Positions 8,619-18,058 of a stretch of 31,640 nucleotides of DNA are shown piece by piece. The DNA is from Verrucomicrobiota bacterium (GTDB lineage Bacteria; Verrucomicrobiota; Verrucomicrobiia; Limisphaerales; CANJXF01), in assembly GCA_038214755.1 (NCBI GenBank), contig JBBQRQ010000058.1:1-31640 (forward strand), read 5' to 3'. The position numbers and the translations under genes were made by a program. The notes beneath the pieces are model-generated. The model ran no database searches. It saw only the letters and a list, made by a program, of their open reading frames with translations, and was not told the origin of the DNA. Numbering within the stretch: position 1 is the stretch's first letter; each line of letters opens with the position of its first letter.

Positions 8619-10496
8619 GTGCAGTCCTGGCGAAAAGCTTCAGAACCCTATCTCGAAAAAGCGGAGGAATTTCTTCGCGAGAACTGGCAACGCATCCTTT
8701 CCATTCGAGAAAAAATTCGTTTCAGCGAAGAGGCGTTTCATCTCGTCCTCGCCGGTGGAGTCGGAGTCATCGGCGGATTTACCAACCTCATATTTTTTAA
8801 CTGCATCCGTCTTGTTCAAATAATTATTTTCGGTCGCGCCGACGATCCGGTGGCCGTGGCTGAATCCATTTTGTGGTGGCAACGTTTTCTCATTCCGTTG
8901 CTCGGCGGCGTGGTGGCGGGCGGGATTCTTTATTGGGGAGTTCGCCTCGTGGGCAAGCAAGGTTCGACCAATTTTCTGGAAGTGGTTGTCGCCGGCGACG
9001 GTCGATTGCGCTTTCGCTCGGCCATCATTCGCGGCTTGTCGTCACTGATGAGCATCGCCAGCGGCGCATCGATTGGGCGTGAAGGCGCCATCACTCAAAT
9101 CACCGCCATGCTCGCATCCAAATGGGGACAACTCGCCCGGTGGCATCCGTATCGATTGCGTTTGTTGGTCGCGTGCGGCGCGGCGTCCGGGCTGGCCGCC
9201 GCCTACAATGCGCCCATCGCCGGAGCGGTTTTTGCCGCGCAAATTGTTCTCGGAAACTTTTCGATGAACCTTTTCGCCCCGCTGATTTTTTCCTCGGTCG
9301 TCGCGTCGATGCTGTCGCGAAATTTTTTCGGAATCAAGCCGTGGTACACCATGCCCGCTTTTGAATTTACGAGCGTCATTCAATTGCCGTGGTTTGTAGT
9401 TCTGGGCGCACTGGCCGGTCTGCTCGGTGTTCTCTTCATGAAAATGTTGCGGAGCAGCGATGAAATTTTCGCGCGCTTTTCCCCGCCGCTTTACGCGCGA
9501 CTGGCCGCGGGCGGCGCGCTGCTGGGCATCATCGCCATCGGCTATCCGCAGGTCTGGGGAAATGGCTATTCGGTGGCGAACGATATTCTGCACGACAATT
9601 TTGGACTCAAATTATTGCTCGGAATTTTTCTGGCGAAACTTTTGGCAACGGTTTTCGCCATCGGTTCCGGCGCGGTGGGCGGTGTCTTTACTCCTACATT
9701 ATTTCTGGGCGCGGGTCTCGGCGCGTTGTTCGGAAAAACTTTGTACTTGGCTGGGCTGGCGAAGAATCTTCCCATCGGCGTTTTTGCCCTCGTGGGCATG
9801 GGCAGTCTGCTCGCTGCCACCACTCGCTCGCCGCTGCTGGCGATGATCATGATTTTTGAAATGTCATTGAATTATTCGCTCATGCCCGCGTTAATGATTG
9901 CCAGCGTCATTTCAACTTTGGTCGCGCGCCGTCTTCACCCGGAATCTATTTACACCGAGCCGTTGCGCCAAAAAGGTTTTGCTTTCGATGCGGAGACGAC
10001 GCGGGCGGGAGCGGCCACGGAGCAAACTGTCGGCGATTTGATGCGCACGCCGGTCCCGCCGATTTATGAAACGGCCACGTTGCGCGAAATCGCCAATCGC
10101 TTTCTCACCAGCACAAATAATTTTTTGCCGGTGATCGATGCGCAACAACGATTGCTCGGCGTGGTGGCGTTGCAGGACTTGAAAGAATATTTAAACGCGG
10201 GACAGGAACTCAACGCGATCATCGCCTACGATGTGATGCGTCCGCCGCCGCCGTGTTTGACTCCCAATCAACGGCTGCTCGATGCGCTGCCGGTGTTGTT
10301 GAAAAGCGAACAACAAAATGTTCCGGTCGTGAATACGTTCAAAGAAAACCGGCTCGTCGGCGCGGTGGTTCGAGCGGAGGCGTTGGGCTTTCTTTCCGAG
10401 GCCATCGCCGCCCGCAGTCCCACCACCAAATCTCCCGAACCGCAGGCAACTAAAGAAGCGCCCAACATCCCGATAACGCCGACAGAAGCCAAATGA
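8619..10496 (+). CDS. ClC family chloride channel / H+:Cl- antiporter with CBS domains
   Basis: SIGREGA, GAASGLAAAYNAPIAG, GGVFTPTLFLG, SIYT, C-terminal CBS pair. Confidence 0.92.
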   Translation: MQSWRKASEPYLEKAEEFLRENWQRILSIREKIRFSEEAFHLVLAGGVGVIGGFTNLIFFNCIRLVQIIIFGRADDPVAVAESILWWQRFLIPLLGGVVAGGILYWGVRLVGKQGSTNFLEVVVAGDGRLRFRSAIIRGLSSLMSIASGASIGREGAITQITAMLASKWGQLARWHPYRLRLLVACGAASGLAAAYNAPIAGAVFAAQIVLGNFSMNLFAPLIFSSVVASMLSRNFFGIKPWYTMPAFEFTSVIQLPWFVVLGALAGLLGVLFMKMLRSSDEIFARFSPPLYARLAAGGALLGIIAIGYPQVWGNGYSVANDILHDNFGLKLLLGIFLAKLLATVFAIGSGAVGGVFTPTLFLGAGLGALFGKTLYLAGLAKNLPIGVFALVGMGSLLAATTRSPLLAMIMIFEMSLNYSLMPALMIASVISTLVARRLHPESIYTEPLRQKGFAFDAETTRAGAATEQTVGDLMRTPVPPIYETATLREIANRFLTSTNNFLPVIDAQQRLLGVVALQDLKEYLNAGQELNAIIAYDVMRPPPPCLTPNQRLLDALPVLLKSEQQNVPVVNTFKENRLVGAVVRAEALGFLSEAIAARSPTTKSPEPQATKEAPNIPITPTEAK

Positions 10497-11418
10497 GCAT
10501 CACGGCGCGAACGGGCGTCAATCCGCGCCGAGTGAGTTGATGAGAAAAATGATTGTTGTCGCCGAGGTAAATTGGTTTGCCCATTCGCCAGCGCAAAAGC
10601 ACGACCCAAACCAAATCGGCCAGTGGCACAGCCAGAACAAAAAGCGGAGTGAGGACAGCAAACTTTCTCGGATGTTTCTCGGTATAAAAATGCGGGAGGA
10701 TCGCCAGGACTGCGCACAAAAATCCGACCAGATGACTACCGGCATCACCGAGAAACGCCGAAGCTTTTGGAAAATTGTAGGGCAGAAAACCGAGCAGCGC
10801 GCCCGAAATGACCGACGCAAAAACCGCGACGAGATATTGGCCGGCGAGGGCCGCGCTGATGGCGAACCACGCCGCGCAAATCAGACCCACTCCGGCGCAA
10901 AGGCCATTCATGTTGTCGATGAAATTAAAAGCGTTCGTCACCGTCAGCACCCACAAAATCGTCACGGCGTAGCTGAAAAAAATGTTGGGCACGAAAAGCG
11001 TGATTCGCACTCCCGCCGCCGCCACCAGCAGCGCGATAAAAAATTGTCCGGCGAATTTATTTCTTGGGGAGAGTTCATGTTTGTCGTCCACCCAGCCGAG
11101 CAACAGCATTCCGACTGCGCCTAAAATAATCGCGATCAGTTCCACGGCGCGGGCACGAAGACCGTAGCGTAGTGATTCCATGGAATCTGATTTGGAAAAA
11201 AAAATGGCCAGCCCCCCGAAAAAAATTGGCAGCGCCAGACCAGTCATCACGGCAAAACCTCCGGCGAGAGAAGTTGGCCGGGCGTGGATTTTGCGATGTC
11301 CGGGATCATCCACCAGGCCGATGCGTTGACACCATTTTCGCCAGAACGGGAGGGCGAGCAGCGTCGCCAGGAACGCCGCCAGAAAGGCCGCTGAATAAAC
11401 GAGGAAGGAAAAGTTCAT
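10450..11418 (-). CDS. MraY/WecA/TagO family polyprenyl-phosphate HexNAc-1-P transferase
   Basis: DDPGHRKIH, GWVDDK, NAFNFIDNMNGL, FLGDAGS, DNNHFSH. Confidence 0.9.
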   Translation of the reverse strand: MNFSFLVYSAAFLAAFLATLLALPFWRKWCQRIGLVDDPGHRKIHARPTSLAGGFAVMTGLALPIFFGGLAIFFSKSDSMESLRYGLRARAVELIAIILGAVGMLLLGWVDDKHELSPRNKFAGQFFIALLVAAAGVRITLFVPNIFFSYAVTILWVLTVTNAFNFIDNMNGLCAGVGLICAAWFAISAALAGQYLVAVFASVISGALLGFLPYNFPKASAFLGDAGSHLVGFLCAVLAILPHFYTEKHPRKFAVLTPLFVLAVPLADLVWVVLLRWRMGKPIYLGDNNHFSHQLTRRGLTPVRAVMLIWLLSALSGCWALL

Positions 11419-12671
11419 GACACGTAGCGACCTTTTTCCGTGGCGGATTGGGCCGTCAGTTTAACGTAGAGCGAAAAAATAGTTTCCACCATTTGCTCCA
11501 CGGAAAAATTATTTTTCACCATAGCCTGGCCCGCACCGCCCAACCTTTTGCAAAGCGTTGGGTCGTTGATTAAGCGAATAATTTTTTCGGTTAAATCCTC
11601 TTTGTCACCGGGGCGGACCAAAAAACCCGTTTCATTTGGGATGCAGACTTCATTTGCACCATCGCAGTCGTAGGTGATCACGGGTCTTGCTGCGGCGAGA
11701 GCCTGGGGCAAAGCGCGAGGCAAACCTTCGCGGCGCGATAAATGGACCAGCGCGTTCATAATGCCGACGTGGCGTGGAACCTCATTGGGCGAAATGAGTC
11801 CGGTAAAAATAAAGTTTTTTTCCAGGCCAAGAGCGCACGCGCGCAATTCAAATCGATTCCGCCACAGCCCGTCGCCGACCAGCAGAAATTTTGTTTGGGG
11901 AAAACGTCGAACCAGTTGAGGCGCGATCACAAACAAATCGTCGTGACCCTTCAGTTCAAAGAGTCGCGCGATTTTTCCGACCACGAAGTCCTCCGGCTCG
12001 ATCCCAAGTTCTTTGCGAAAAGATAAATCGTTCGACGCAGTTAAAAATGGCTCGAGTGAAAAGCCGCTGAAGATGCGCGTGTATTTTTTCGGCGAGCCGA
12101 TTCCGGCAGCCAAATAATCTTTCGTCATCGCGTCGGCCACAGAAATAAAATGCGTCGTGCATTGCGCCGCATATTTTTCCGCCGAACGAAAAATAAAATT
12201 TGCGAAAGAATTTTGAAAGGAGCCGAACGAGGGGCCGTGAATGGTGTGTAAAATAATCGGGACACCGGCGCGCCGGGCGGCGAGCCGTCCGAGAATTCCC
12301 GCTTTGCCGCTGTGAGTGTGAACGATGTCCGGCTTCGTTTCGTGGAAAATTTTTGTGAGCTTTTGTAACGCGCGGCAATCGAGCCACGGACGAATGGGCC
12401 GAACGAGTTCGGGAATGATTGTGAGGAGCGGGGAGCATCTGCCTCCGGCGGGTGCGTCGTCTCCTTCAGCAAGCTGGTCATTTCGCACCCGCCGGAGGCA
12501 GATGCTACCCGGATGCAGCGTAGCTTCCAGTGAACCTTCCGGCCCGGACGTCGGGCCGGAAATTAAATCCACTTGCAGATCCGCTTTGGCTTGGAGACCG
12601 AGAACAGTTGCGATGGTGTTTTCCTGCGCGCCGCCAACGATCAATCGGGTGATGACGTGCGTGACGCGCAT
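11415..12671 (-). CDS. GT4 family glycosyltransferase with an in-frame palindrome insertion
   Basis: ITRLIVGGAQ, HTHSGKAG, HTIHG, ARLFELKG, REGLPRAL. Confidence 0.92.
   Translation of the reverse strand: MRVTHVITRLIVGGAQENTIATVLGLQAKADLQVDLISGPTSGPEGSLEATLHPGSICLRRVRNDQLAEGDDAPAGGRCSPLLTIIPELVRPIRPWLDCRALQKLTKIFHETKPDIVHTHSGKAGILGRLAARRAGVPIILHTIHGPSFGSFQNSFANFIFRSAEKYAAQCTTHFISVADAMTKDYLAAGIGSPKKYTRIFSGFSLEPFLTASNDLSFRKELGIEPEDFVVGKIARLFELKGHDDLFVIAPQLVRRFPQTKFLLVGDGLWRNRFELRACALGLEKNFIFTGLISPNEVPRHVGIMNALVHLSRREGLPRALPQALAAARPVITYDCDGANEVCIPNETGFLVRPGDKEDLTEKIIRLINDPTLCKRLGGAGQAMVKNNFSVEQMVETIFSLYVKLTAQSATEKGRYVS
12430..12510. repeat. 81-bp GTAG-type REP doublet inside the GT4 gene
   Basis: GGGGAGCATCTGCCTCCGGCGGGTGCG ... 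CGCACCCGCCGGAGGCAGATGCTACCC; same arms as the intergenic element at 23599..23740. Confidence 0.92.
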
Positions 12672-12676
12672 CCGAA

Positions 12677-15532
12677 TTATTTTTTAGTTTGCAAAGTTTT
12701 CAAACGCTTCTGCACGTCGAGATATTCCGGGGTGCCGGCGGGCGCGTATTTCAAATAAAGTTGGTAATTTTTGATGCCGCTGCGCGAATCATTTTTCTTT
12801 TCGGCCACTTGCGCCAGGCCGTAATAAATCTGGTAGGTGCTGGGCGGGACGGCTTCCAAAAGGATTTCGTAATCGCGTTTCGCGTCGTCGAGTTTTCCAC
12901 TCTGGAGGTTGGCGATGGCGCGGTTGAGCAGCGCGTTATAATTGCTGGGTTGCAGTCGCAACAGTTGATCGAGCGTTTCGGCCGCCAGAGCGTACTGGCC
13001 CAGATTCATTTGCAAAACGGCTTTGGTAAAAAGCGCTCGCGGATTGGCCGGCGCGACGCGCAATTGCTTTTGCACCGTGTCCAGCGCGTTGGTGTATTTT
13101 CCGATGTCGAGATAAAACTGGGTGAGCAGCGCGAGGTGCGTCTCGTCATCCGGTTTTTGTTGGCTGGCCGTGAGTAGAATTTTTTCGGCGGTAGGGAAAT
13201 CATTCTTCGCCAGATAGGCCAGCGATTCCACGCGCAGCAACTCCAGCTCGGCGTTGGTATTGAGGGAGAGCGTTTTCGAGTCGTTGCGCAATTGGGCGAT
13301 CAACTGGAGGGCGGCGTCGGCGCGTTGCAGTTCGATGTAGGTTTTGGCCAGGCCGATGCGCGCCCCAAAACTGTTGGGAACAAGTTCCAGCACCCGAATG
13401 AAAAGCTGGGCGGACTGTCGAAGATTTCCTCCGCGCGCAAAAATTTCGCCCAACTGCAAAGAAAAGTTCGGTTCATCGAAAGGCCCATTCCAATTCATGG
13501 CCGTTTGGATGTCGCGATATTGGCCGAGCTTCTTTTCCAGTTCATCGTCCTGCTCGACCGCGCGCACCTCTCCTTGAATCAGGCTGGCGTTAAACTGCTG
13601 ATTGATTTGGGCGACGACATTTTCTGGATTCAAGGCCACCGCCTGGCGGAAGGCGGAGCCGGCTTCGGTGAGCCGTTTTGCTTTTTGCGATTCGACGCCC
13701 CAATAGTTGAGCGCGCGCGAGTAATAAAGATTGATAAATCGCGCTTCAGAATTTTCTTTGGCCAGCGCGGAAAGGCGCGGGAAAAGTTCTTTGGCAAAAG
13801 AATTCCAATAGGCCCCGTTTTCCGTGAGCACTGCCGCCGAGAGGGGCGGCGCGGTCAACGAATTGGTCGGATAAATTTGAAATTGATAAACCAGTTTATG
13901 CGGCGTGGCGTAAAATCGTTCGAAGTAATATCCGAAGCTGGGATGCAAATAAAAAATCGGATGAGATTTGGCCAGGGTGTCGAGGCGAAAAATAAGTTCG
14001 CCGGGCGGCACAGCTTCCTTCGATGCCAGCGGCGGAAAATCGGTCGAGTGACGCGCGTGCAAAAACTTGTGATAACTGGGCGATTGCAGGGAAGAGGTGT
14101 CGAGGAAAATATTTTCAGAAACGTTGCTCGATCGCGCCACGAACGCGCGGAGCAAAAATAATCGCAGCGGATCATCGCTCAAAATAACGGCGCCACGCGC
14201 GGGCAGAGATTCGGCCATGGTTTTTGCGTACCGGGGCAGGGCATCGCCATTGAGCGCGCGAATCAGAGGAAGATTTTTTCGCGCGAGAAGGATGGGCACG
14301 GCCAACGCCGCAATCCAAACAACCACCAAGACAATCGGATGAATGATTTTGAAAGTTCCCCATGAGCGCGCCCACGCCTGTTCAGGCTGGCGGCCAAAAA
14401 CCACCAGAACGTAGCCGACGAAATAGCCCACGCTGAGCGCGGTCAAATAATAAAAAGTAAGAAAGGGCGCGATTTCAAAACCAAGCGAGCGCGCGCTGAA
14501 TTGCGGGTCGAAGAAAACCCAAAGACAAATCCCCAGAAAAACCAGATGCATCAGCCGGAACATAAAGGCGGCTACCCACGTTCCCGCTGGACTGATCTCC
14601 CCGGGATCCGCCGGCCAGCGAATGGCGATCATCAGCACGGGGAGCAGCGACGTGAGCGCAATCATGAACAAGTGCGACCGCATCACGGTGAATTGAACAA
14701 AGGGAATGGTTAAATAATTTTTCTGAAAACGCAGATTTTCTTTGAGCGTCTCAAAAATGGATTGGCTCGTGCTGGCGGAAAAACTGTTGATGAGTGGAAG
14801 AACCAAATAAAGTGATAGCCCAATTGCGCCACAAATAATAATTCGCAAAAGAAAGCGCAGGTTGAAAAAGCTCCGGCCTTTCGTCCAAATAAACGCCGTC
14901 AGAAAAAATGGAAAAAAGCCGCTCATCGCCCAGTTGTTCGCCACGCCCAACCCGTAAACCAACGCGAATTTCATGAGCCAGCGTTCACGTTGCGAGATGC
15001 GAAACTCCAGCAGGCAGCGGACGACATAGGCGAACAAAAGCAAATCCAACATCTCCCCGCCCGCCACAACCGCCGCCTCCCAAAAAGTCAGTTGCAGACC
15101 GCAAACCAGAACGGCCGCCACGGACGCAAGCCACGCTTTGGGAAAATTCAGCAAAGCAAATTTCCCCAGCTCACGCTGGCGTTGTTCGGGCGTGCGATCC
15201 TGCGGAAGCAAAGTGACCGAGCGCGCCAGAAGAGCCAAAGTCAGCGCGGCGCAAATCGCAGAAAAGAGATTCAGCCCGACGAATTGCGCGTTGCCCGCCA
15301 GCCAGTGCAACGGGTAAGTCAGCAGAAAATAAAGCGGGGCAATCGTCGCAGGATGCCAGTCCCAATCGGCTACTTTTGCCACGACCGGCAAACTCTTCAA
15401 GGTGACCCAATGATTGAGCGTGAAAAAATAAACCAGAAAAATTCCCAGGGCGATGATCCACGGCAGAACGCGCGCGGCGAAGGGGAGTTGAAATTTTTCC
15501 GGCGGGGGATTTTCGGTTTGTTCTGTCGTCAT
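12677..15532 (-). CDS. Polytopic membrane protein (DUF2723/GT-C-like) with C-terminal TPR repeats
   Basis: HPATIAPLY, NLFSAICAAL, TFWEAAV, GLGVANNW in the TM region, then multiple TPR helix pairs. Start taken at MTTEQ. Confidence 0.7.
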   Translation of the reverse strand: MTTEQTENPPPEKFQLPFAARVLPWIIALGIFLVYFFTLNHWVTLKSLPVVAKVADWDWHPATIAPLYFLLTYPLHWLAGNAQFVGLNLFSAICAALTLALLARSVTLLPQDRTPEQRQRELGKFALLNFPKAWLASVAAVLVCGLQLTFWEAAVVAGGEMLDLLLFAYVVRCLLEFRISQRERWLMKFALVYGLGVANNWAMSGFFPFFLTAFIWTKGRSFFNLRFLLRIIICGAIGLSLYLVLPLINSFSASTSQSIFETLKENLRFQKNYLTIPFVQFTVMRSHLFMIALTSLLPVLMIAIRWPADPGEISPAGTWVAAFMFRLMHLVFLGICLWVFFDPQFSARSLGFEIAPFLTFYYLTALSVGYFVGYVLVVFGRQPEQAWARSWGTFKIIHPIVLVVVWIAALAVPILLARKNLPLIRALNGDALPRYAKTMAESLPARGAVILSDDPLRLFLLRAFVARSSNVSENIFLDTSSLQSPSYHKFLHARHSTDFPPLASKEAVPPGELIFRLDTLAKSHPIFYLHPSFGYYFERFYATPHKLVYQFQIYPTNSLTAPPLSAAVLTENGAYWNSFAKELFPRLSALAKENSEARFINLYYSRALNYWGVESQKAKRLTEAGSAFRQAVALNPENVVAQINQQFNASLIQGEVRAVEQDDELEKKLGQYRDIQTAMNWNGPFDEPNFSLQLGEIFARGGNLRQSAQLFIRVLELVPNSFGARIGLAKTYIELQRADAALQLIAQLRNDSKTLSLNTNAELELLRVESLAYLAKNDFPTAEKILLTASQQKPDDETHLALLTQFYLDIGKYTNALDTVQKQLRVAPANPRALFTKAVLQMNLGQYALAAETLDQLLRLQPSNYNALLNRAIANLQSGKLDDAKRDYEILLEAVPPSTYQIYYGLAQVAEKKNDSRSGIKNYQLYLKYAPAGTPEYLDVQKRLKTLQTKK

Positions 15533-15583
15533 GCTGGTTGAGTTGAAACGATGCGCCAAATGTTGGCAAGTTTTTGCGCCGCG

Positions 15584-16714
15584 CTAGTTCGCCCGCAAGT
15601 CCGCCACGCACTCGACGTGCTGAGTTTGCGGGAACATATCCAGCGGCACAACCTTCGCCAGCTTAAAGACACCGCCCGCGCAGAGGATGTTCAAGTCGCG
15701 CGCCAAAGTCGCCGGGTGGCAGGAGACATAAATGATTTGTGATGGGCGAACTTGTTCCAGCAATTGCATCGTTTCGGGCGGACAACCGGTGCGTGGTGGA
15801 TCAAGAATCAGCGTCGTCGCGCTGCGATCAAATCGGCCGATTAACCCAGGCAAAAGATGTTCCGTGCGGCCGCCAATAAATTCACCGTTGGTTAATCCGC
15901 GCCGCGCCGCATTTTTTTTCGCGGCGGCAATGGCGGGCATATCGACTTCGATGCCGACGAATTTTTCGACGCGATCACCCAGTTCGATGCTGAAAAAACC
16001 GACGCCGCAATAAGTGTCGATCAGAAAACGCGATTTGCTTTCGCGCAAACGTTCGCGCACCACCTCGACCAGTTTGGGCAGCAGAAAAAAGTTGTTTTGA
16101 AAAAAAGAATCGCGCGGCAACTCCCAGCCTTCGGGCGGCACGCGCAACACGATTTTGATTCCGCCTTTGGGCGGGGGATTTTTTCGGACGCGCTGAATTT
16201 CCTGGTTCAACGACGGCTCGGCGATTTTACATTCTTCGATGTCCACGACGAGCCGGCTGTCCGCGCGCAGAAAACCGATGTTCAATCCTTGTTTGAATTT
16301 GTCCCATTGACTGCGAATCATGATGCGATTGCGATAGGCGTAGGGTCGCGGGCAGGGGACGACCGGATCAATCAGCGCTTCAGAAAATTTTCCGACGCGA
16401 AAAAAAAGATCGACGATCTGTTTGTATTTGATGCGAAGCTGCGCCGCGTAATCGATGTGTTGGTATTGGCAGCCGCCGCAATCGCCGAAGTAGGGGCAAG
16501 GCGGCGTGACTCGATCTGGCGAGGCAGAAATAACTTTCAGCAACTTCGCGCGCGCAAAACGTTTTTTAACCTCCGTGATTTCGACTTCGACCTCTTCACC
16601 CAAAGCGACGAATGGAACGAAAATGACAAAATCTTCCAGCCGCGCCACGCCTTCACCGCCAAACGCGATGTCGGAAATGGTCACGGAAATTTTGCTGCTG
16701 GGAACTAAATTCAC
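15584..16714 (-). CDS. rlmD: RlmD/TrmA-family RNA (uracil-C5)-methyltransferase with TRAM domain
   Basis: TRAM N-terminus, CPYFGDCGGCQYQH Fe-S motif, SFFQNN, DTYCGVG, DPPRTG, YVSC, DMFPQTQHVE. Confidence 0.88.
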   Translation of the reverse strand: MNLVPSSKISVTISDIAFGGEGVARLEDFVIFVPFVALGEEVEVEITEVKKRFARAKLLKVISASPDRVTPPCPYFGDCGGCQYQHIDYAAQLRIKYKQIVDLFFRVGKFSEALIDPVVPCPRPYAYRNRIMIRSQWDKFKQGLNIGFLRADSRLVVDIEECKIAEPSLNQEIQRVRKNPPPKGGIKIVLRVPPEGWELPRDSFFQNNFFLLPKLVEVVRERLRESKSRFLIDTYCGVGFFSIELGDRVEKFVGIEVDMPAIAAAKKNAARRGLTNGEFIGGRTEHLLPGLIGRFDRSATTLILDPPRTGCPPETMQLLEQVRPSQIIYVSCHPATLARDLNILCAGGVFKLAKVVPLDMFPQTQHVECVADLRAN

Positions 16715-16759
16715 CGGCGGAAGTTATGGGTGAGAGGAAGGTGGAAAAAGTTTTTTGTC
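16656..16759. repeat. Direct repeat copy 1: rlmD promoter plus first ~20 codons
   Basis: Aligns with 17303..17405. Confidence 0.9.
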
Positions 16760-16844
16760 GGGGAACAAAAGTCAGCTCATTTGAATTTGACCGACTTTGG
16801 GATCTATTCGGGTGTGATTTTAACTGGCGGTCAGTTGATCAGTT

Positions 16845-16995
16845 GTAGCGCAGGATTGCATCCTGCCGTAGCGCAGGTTTTCAACCTGCGAGATGCCGCC
16901 AGAACGGGGGACTTTCGAAAACTAAAGACTCTCTCTATTTGCGACGTTCAGCCGGTTCCAAACCGGCGATACAGCAGGATGCAATCCTGCGCTAC
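16845..16995. repeat. GTAGCGCAG-family REP element (four internal hairpins)
   Basis: GTAGCGCAGGATTGCATCCTGC ... GCAGGATGCAATCCTGCGCTAC; same family as 23778 and 28489. Confidence 0.88.
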
Positions 16996-17014
16996 GTTTG
17001 ACCGCCAGTTTGAA

Positions 17015-17239
17015 TCACACTTTGTTGCCAGTTTCGAGAGTTTTGGATAGAAGACCTGTCATCGTCAGAAGTGGTAGCACCGCGAAATGTCCGTCATCCT
17101 CATGGACGACCACATAGGATGCTTTCGGCGACAGCGAGATATAATCCCGATGGGGCACCGGATACTCCCTGCCATCCGCCATGCACAACGTGAAGGGATT
17201 TCCGCTCGCAATCGCAGCTTCAATTTGCTCTCTGGTCAC
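17015..17239 (-). CDS. Small hypothetical protein (PFxL...DGxxYxVxH type), paralog of 17437..17664
   Basis: MTREQIEAAIASGNPFTLCMADGREYPVPHRDYISLSP; GTG start at 17239. Confidence 0.7.
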   Translation of the reverse strand: MTREQIEAAIASGNPFTLCMADGREYPVPHRDYISLSPKASYVVVHEDDGHFAVLPLLTMTGLLSKTLETGNKV

Positions 17240-17361
17240 GCCAAATCCTTGCGCAAAATTCCCGGTCCTGCAAGCGCTTCTTCCCACCCGGCCGCACCAT
17301 GGCCGCCGAACGCGATGTCGGAAATGGTCACAGAAATTTTACTGCCCGGAACTAAATTCAC
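17236..17361 (-). pseudogene. Diverged duplicate of the rlmD N-terminus (41-aa mini ORF); direct repeat copy 2 is 17303..17405
   Basis: MNLVPGSKISVTISDIAFGGHGAAGWEE vs RlmD MNLVPSSKISVTISDIAFGGEGVARLED; its TGA overlaps the next GTG. Confidence 0.75.
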
Positions 17362-17436
17362 CGGCGCAAGTTACGGGCGAGAGGAATGTGGAATGTTTTT
17401 TTGTCAGGCGAGCGGAAAACAGCGGTTTCTCTTAAA

Positions 17437-17664
17437 TCAAGGTGATCCATTTTTCCTCGCAGCTTCTTTCTCGATGGCGGCAATATGCAAACCGGAGATG
17501 GTCACGCTGCTATCGTCGTCGAACCAGACGACCACTCGATTTCCGGACGGACTGACTCCAGCGTGATCGGTCGTGGCAACGCGGTAGCGATTGCCACTGC
17601 TCGTGACAATGAAAAACGGCTCGAACGGACCGGCTTGCAAATATTGGCGTATCTCCGCAGTCAT
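17437..17664 (-). CDS. Small hypothetical protein (PFEPFFIVTSSGNRYRV type)
   Basis: 75 aa; same motif spacing as 17015..17239. Confidence 0.7.
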   Translation of the reverse strand: MTAEIRQYLQAGPFEPFFIVTSSGNRYRVATTDHAGVSPSGNRVVVWFDDDSSVTISGLHIAAIEKEAARKNGSP

Positions 17665-17734
17665 ATTTGTTCAGATGTCGAATGTGATTTATAATCCTTC
17701 AAGGACGAAAGATTTCAATTTAGTTCCAGAAAAA

Positions 17735-17986
17735 CTACCGACTGTCTCCCTCTTTCGTTCCTTCCGTAACTTGAATTAGCTTTAACGCCGCGGCTGCACC
17801 ACTGCCAACTCGTGGATTTGCATCCTTCAATGCGGCCTGCAACGACTCTACCGCTGACGTAGCTGTTGAACCGAACTGCCCAAGGCTGGTGCAGGCCGTG
17901 ATTCGGACGCCACCATCGCGATCCTGCAAAGCTTGGATGAGCGCAGGCAGTGTCACCGTAGCCGAGTTTGTCAGTGTCCCCAACAC
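17735..17986 (-). pseudogene. HEAT-repeat fragment
   Basis: LPALIQALQDRDGGVRITACTSLGQFG and LQAALKDANPRV; only about two repeats and no credible 5' part. Confidence 0.6.
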
Positions 17987-18058
17987 CTTGGCTGCCTTTC
18001 GGTGACGCTGGCAATGTCAGACGCATGACGAATCTCCCGGAGTTTAAGTGCAACTTCT

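Noticed and set aside
10450..10496. 47-bp convergent overlap of the clc and wecA-like genes
   Set aside because: Real, but tail-to-tail overlaps through a low-complexity C-terminus are common.
13292..14161. Long antisense ORFs (this one and others such as 739..1383 and 25239..25913)
   Set aside because: Shadow frames of well-supported genes, with no recognisable motifs.
17717..17727. AATTTAGTTCC matching the rlmD start on the opposite strand
   Set aside because: Only 11 bp and not extendable; could be chance.
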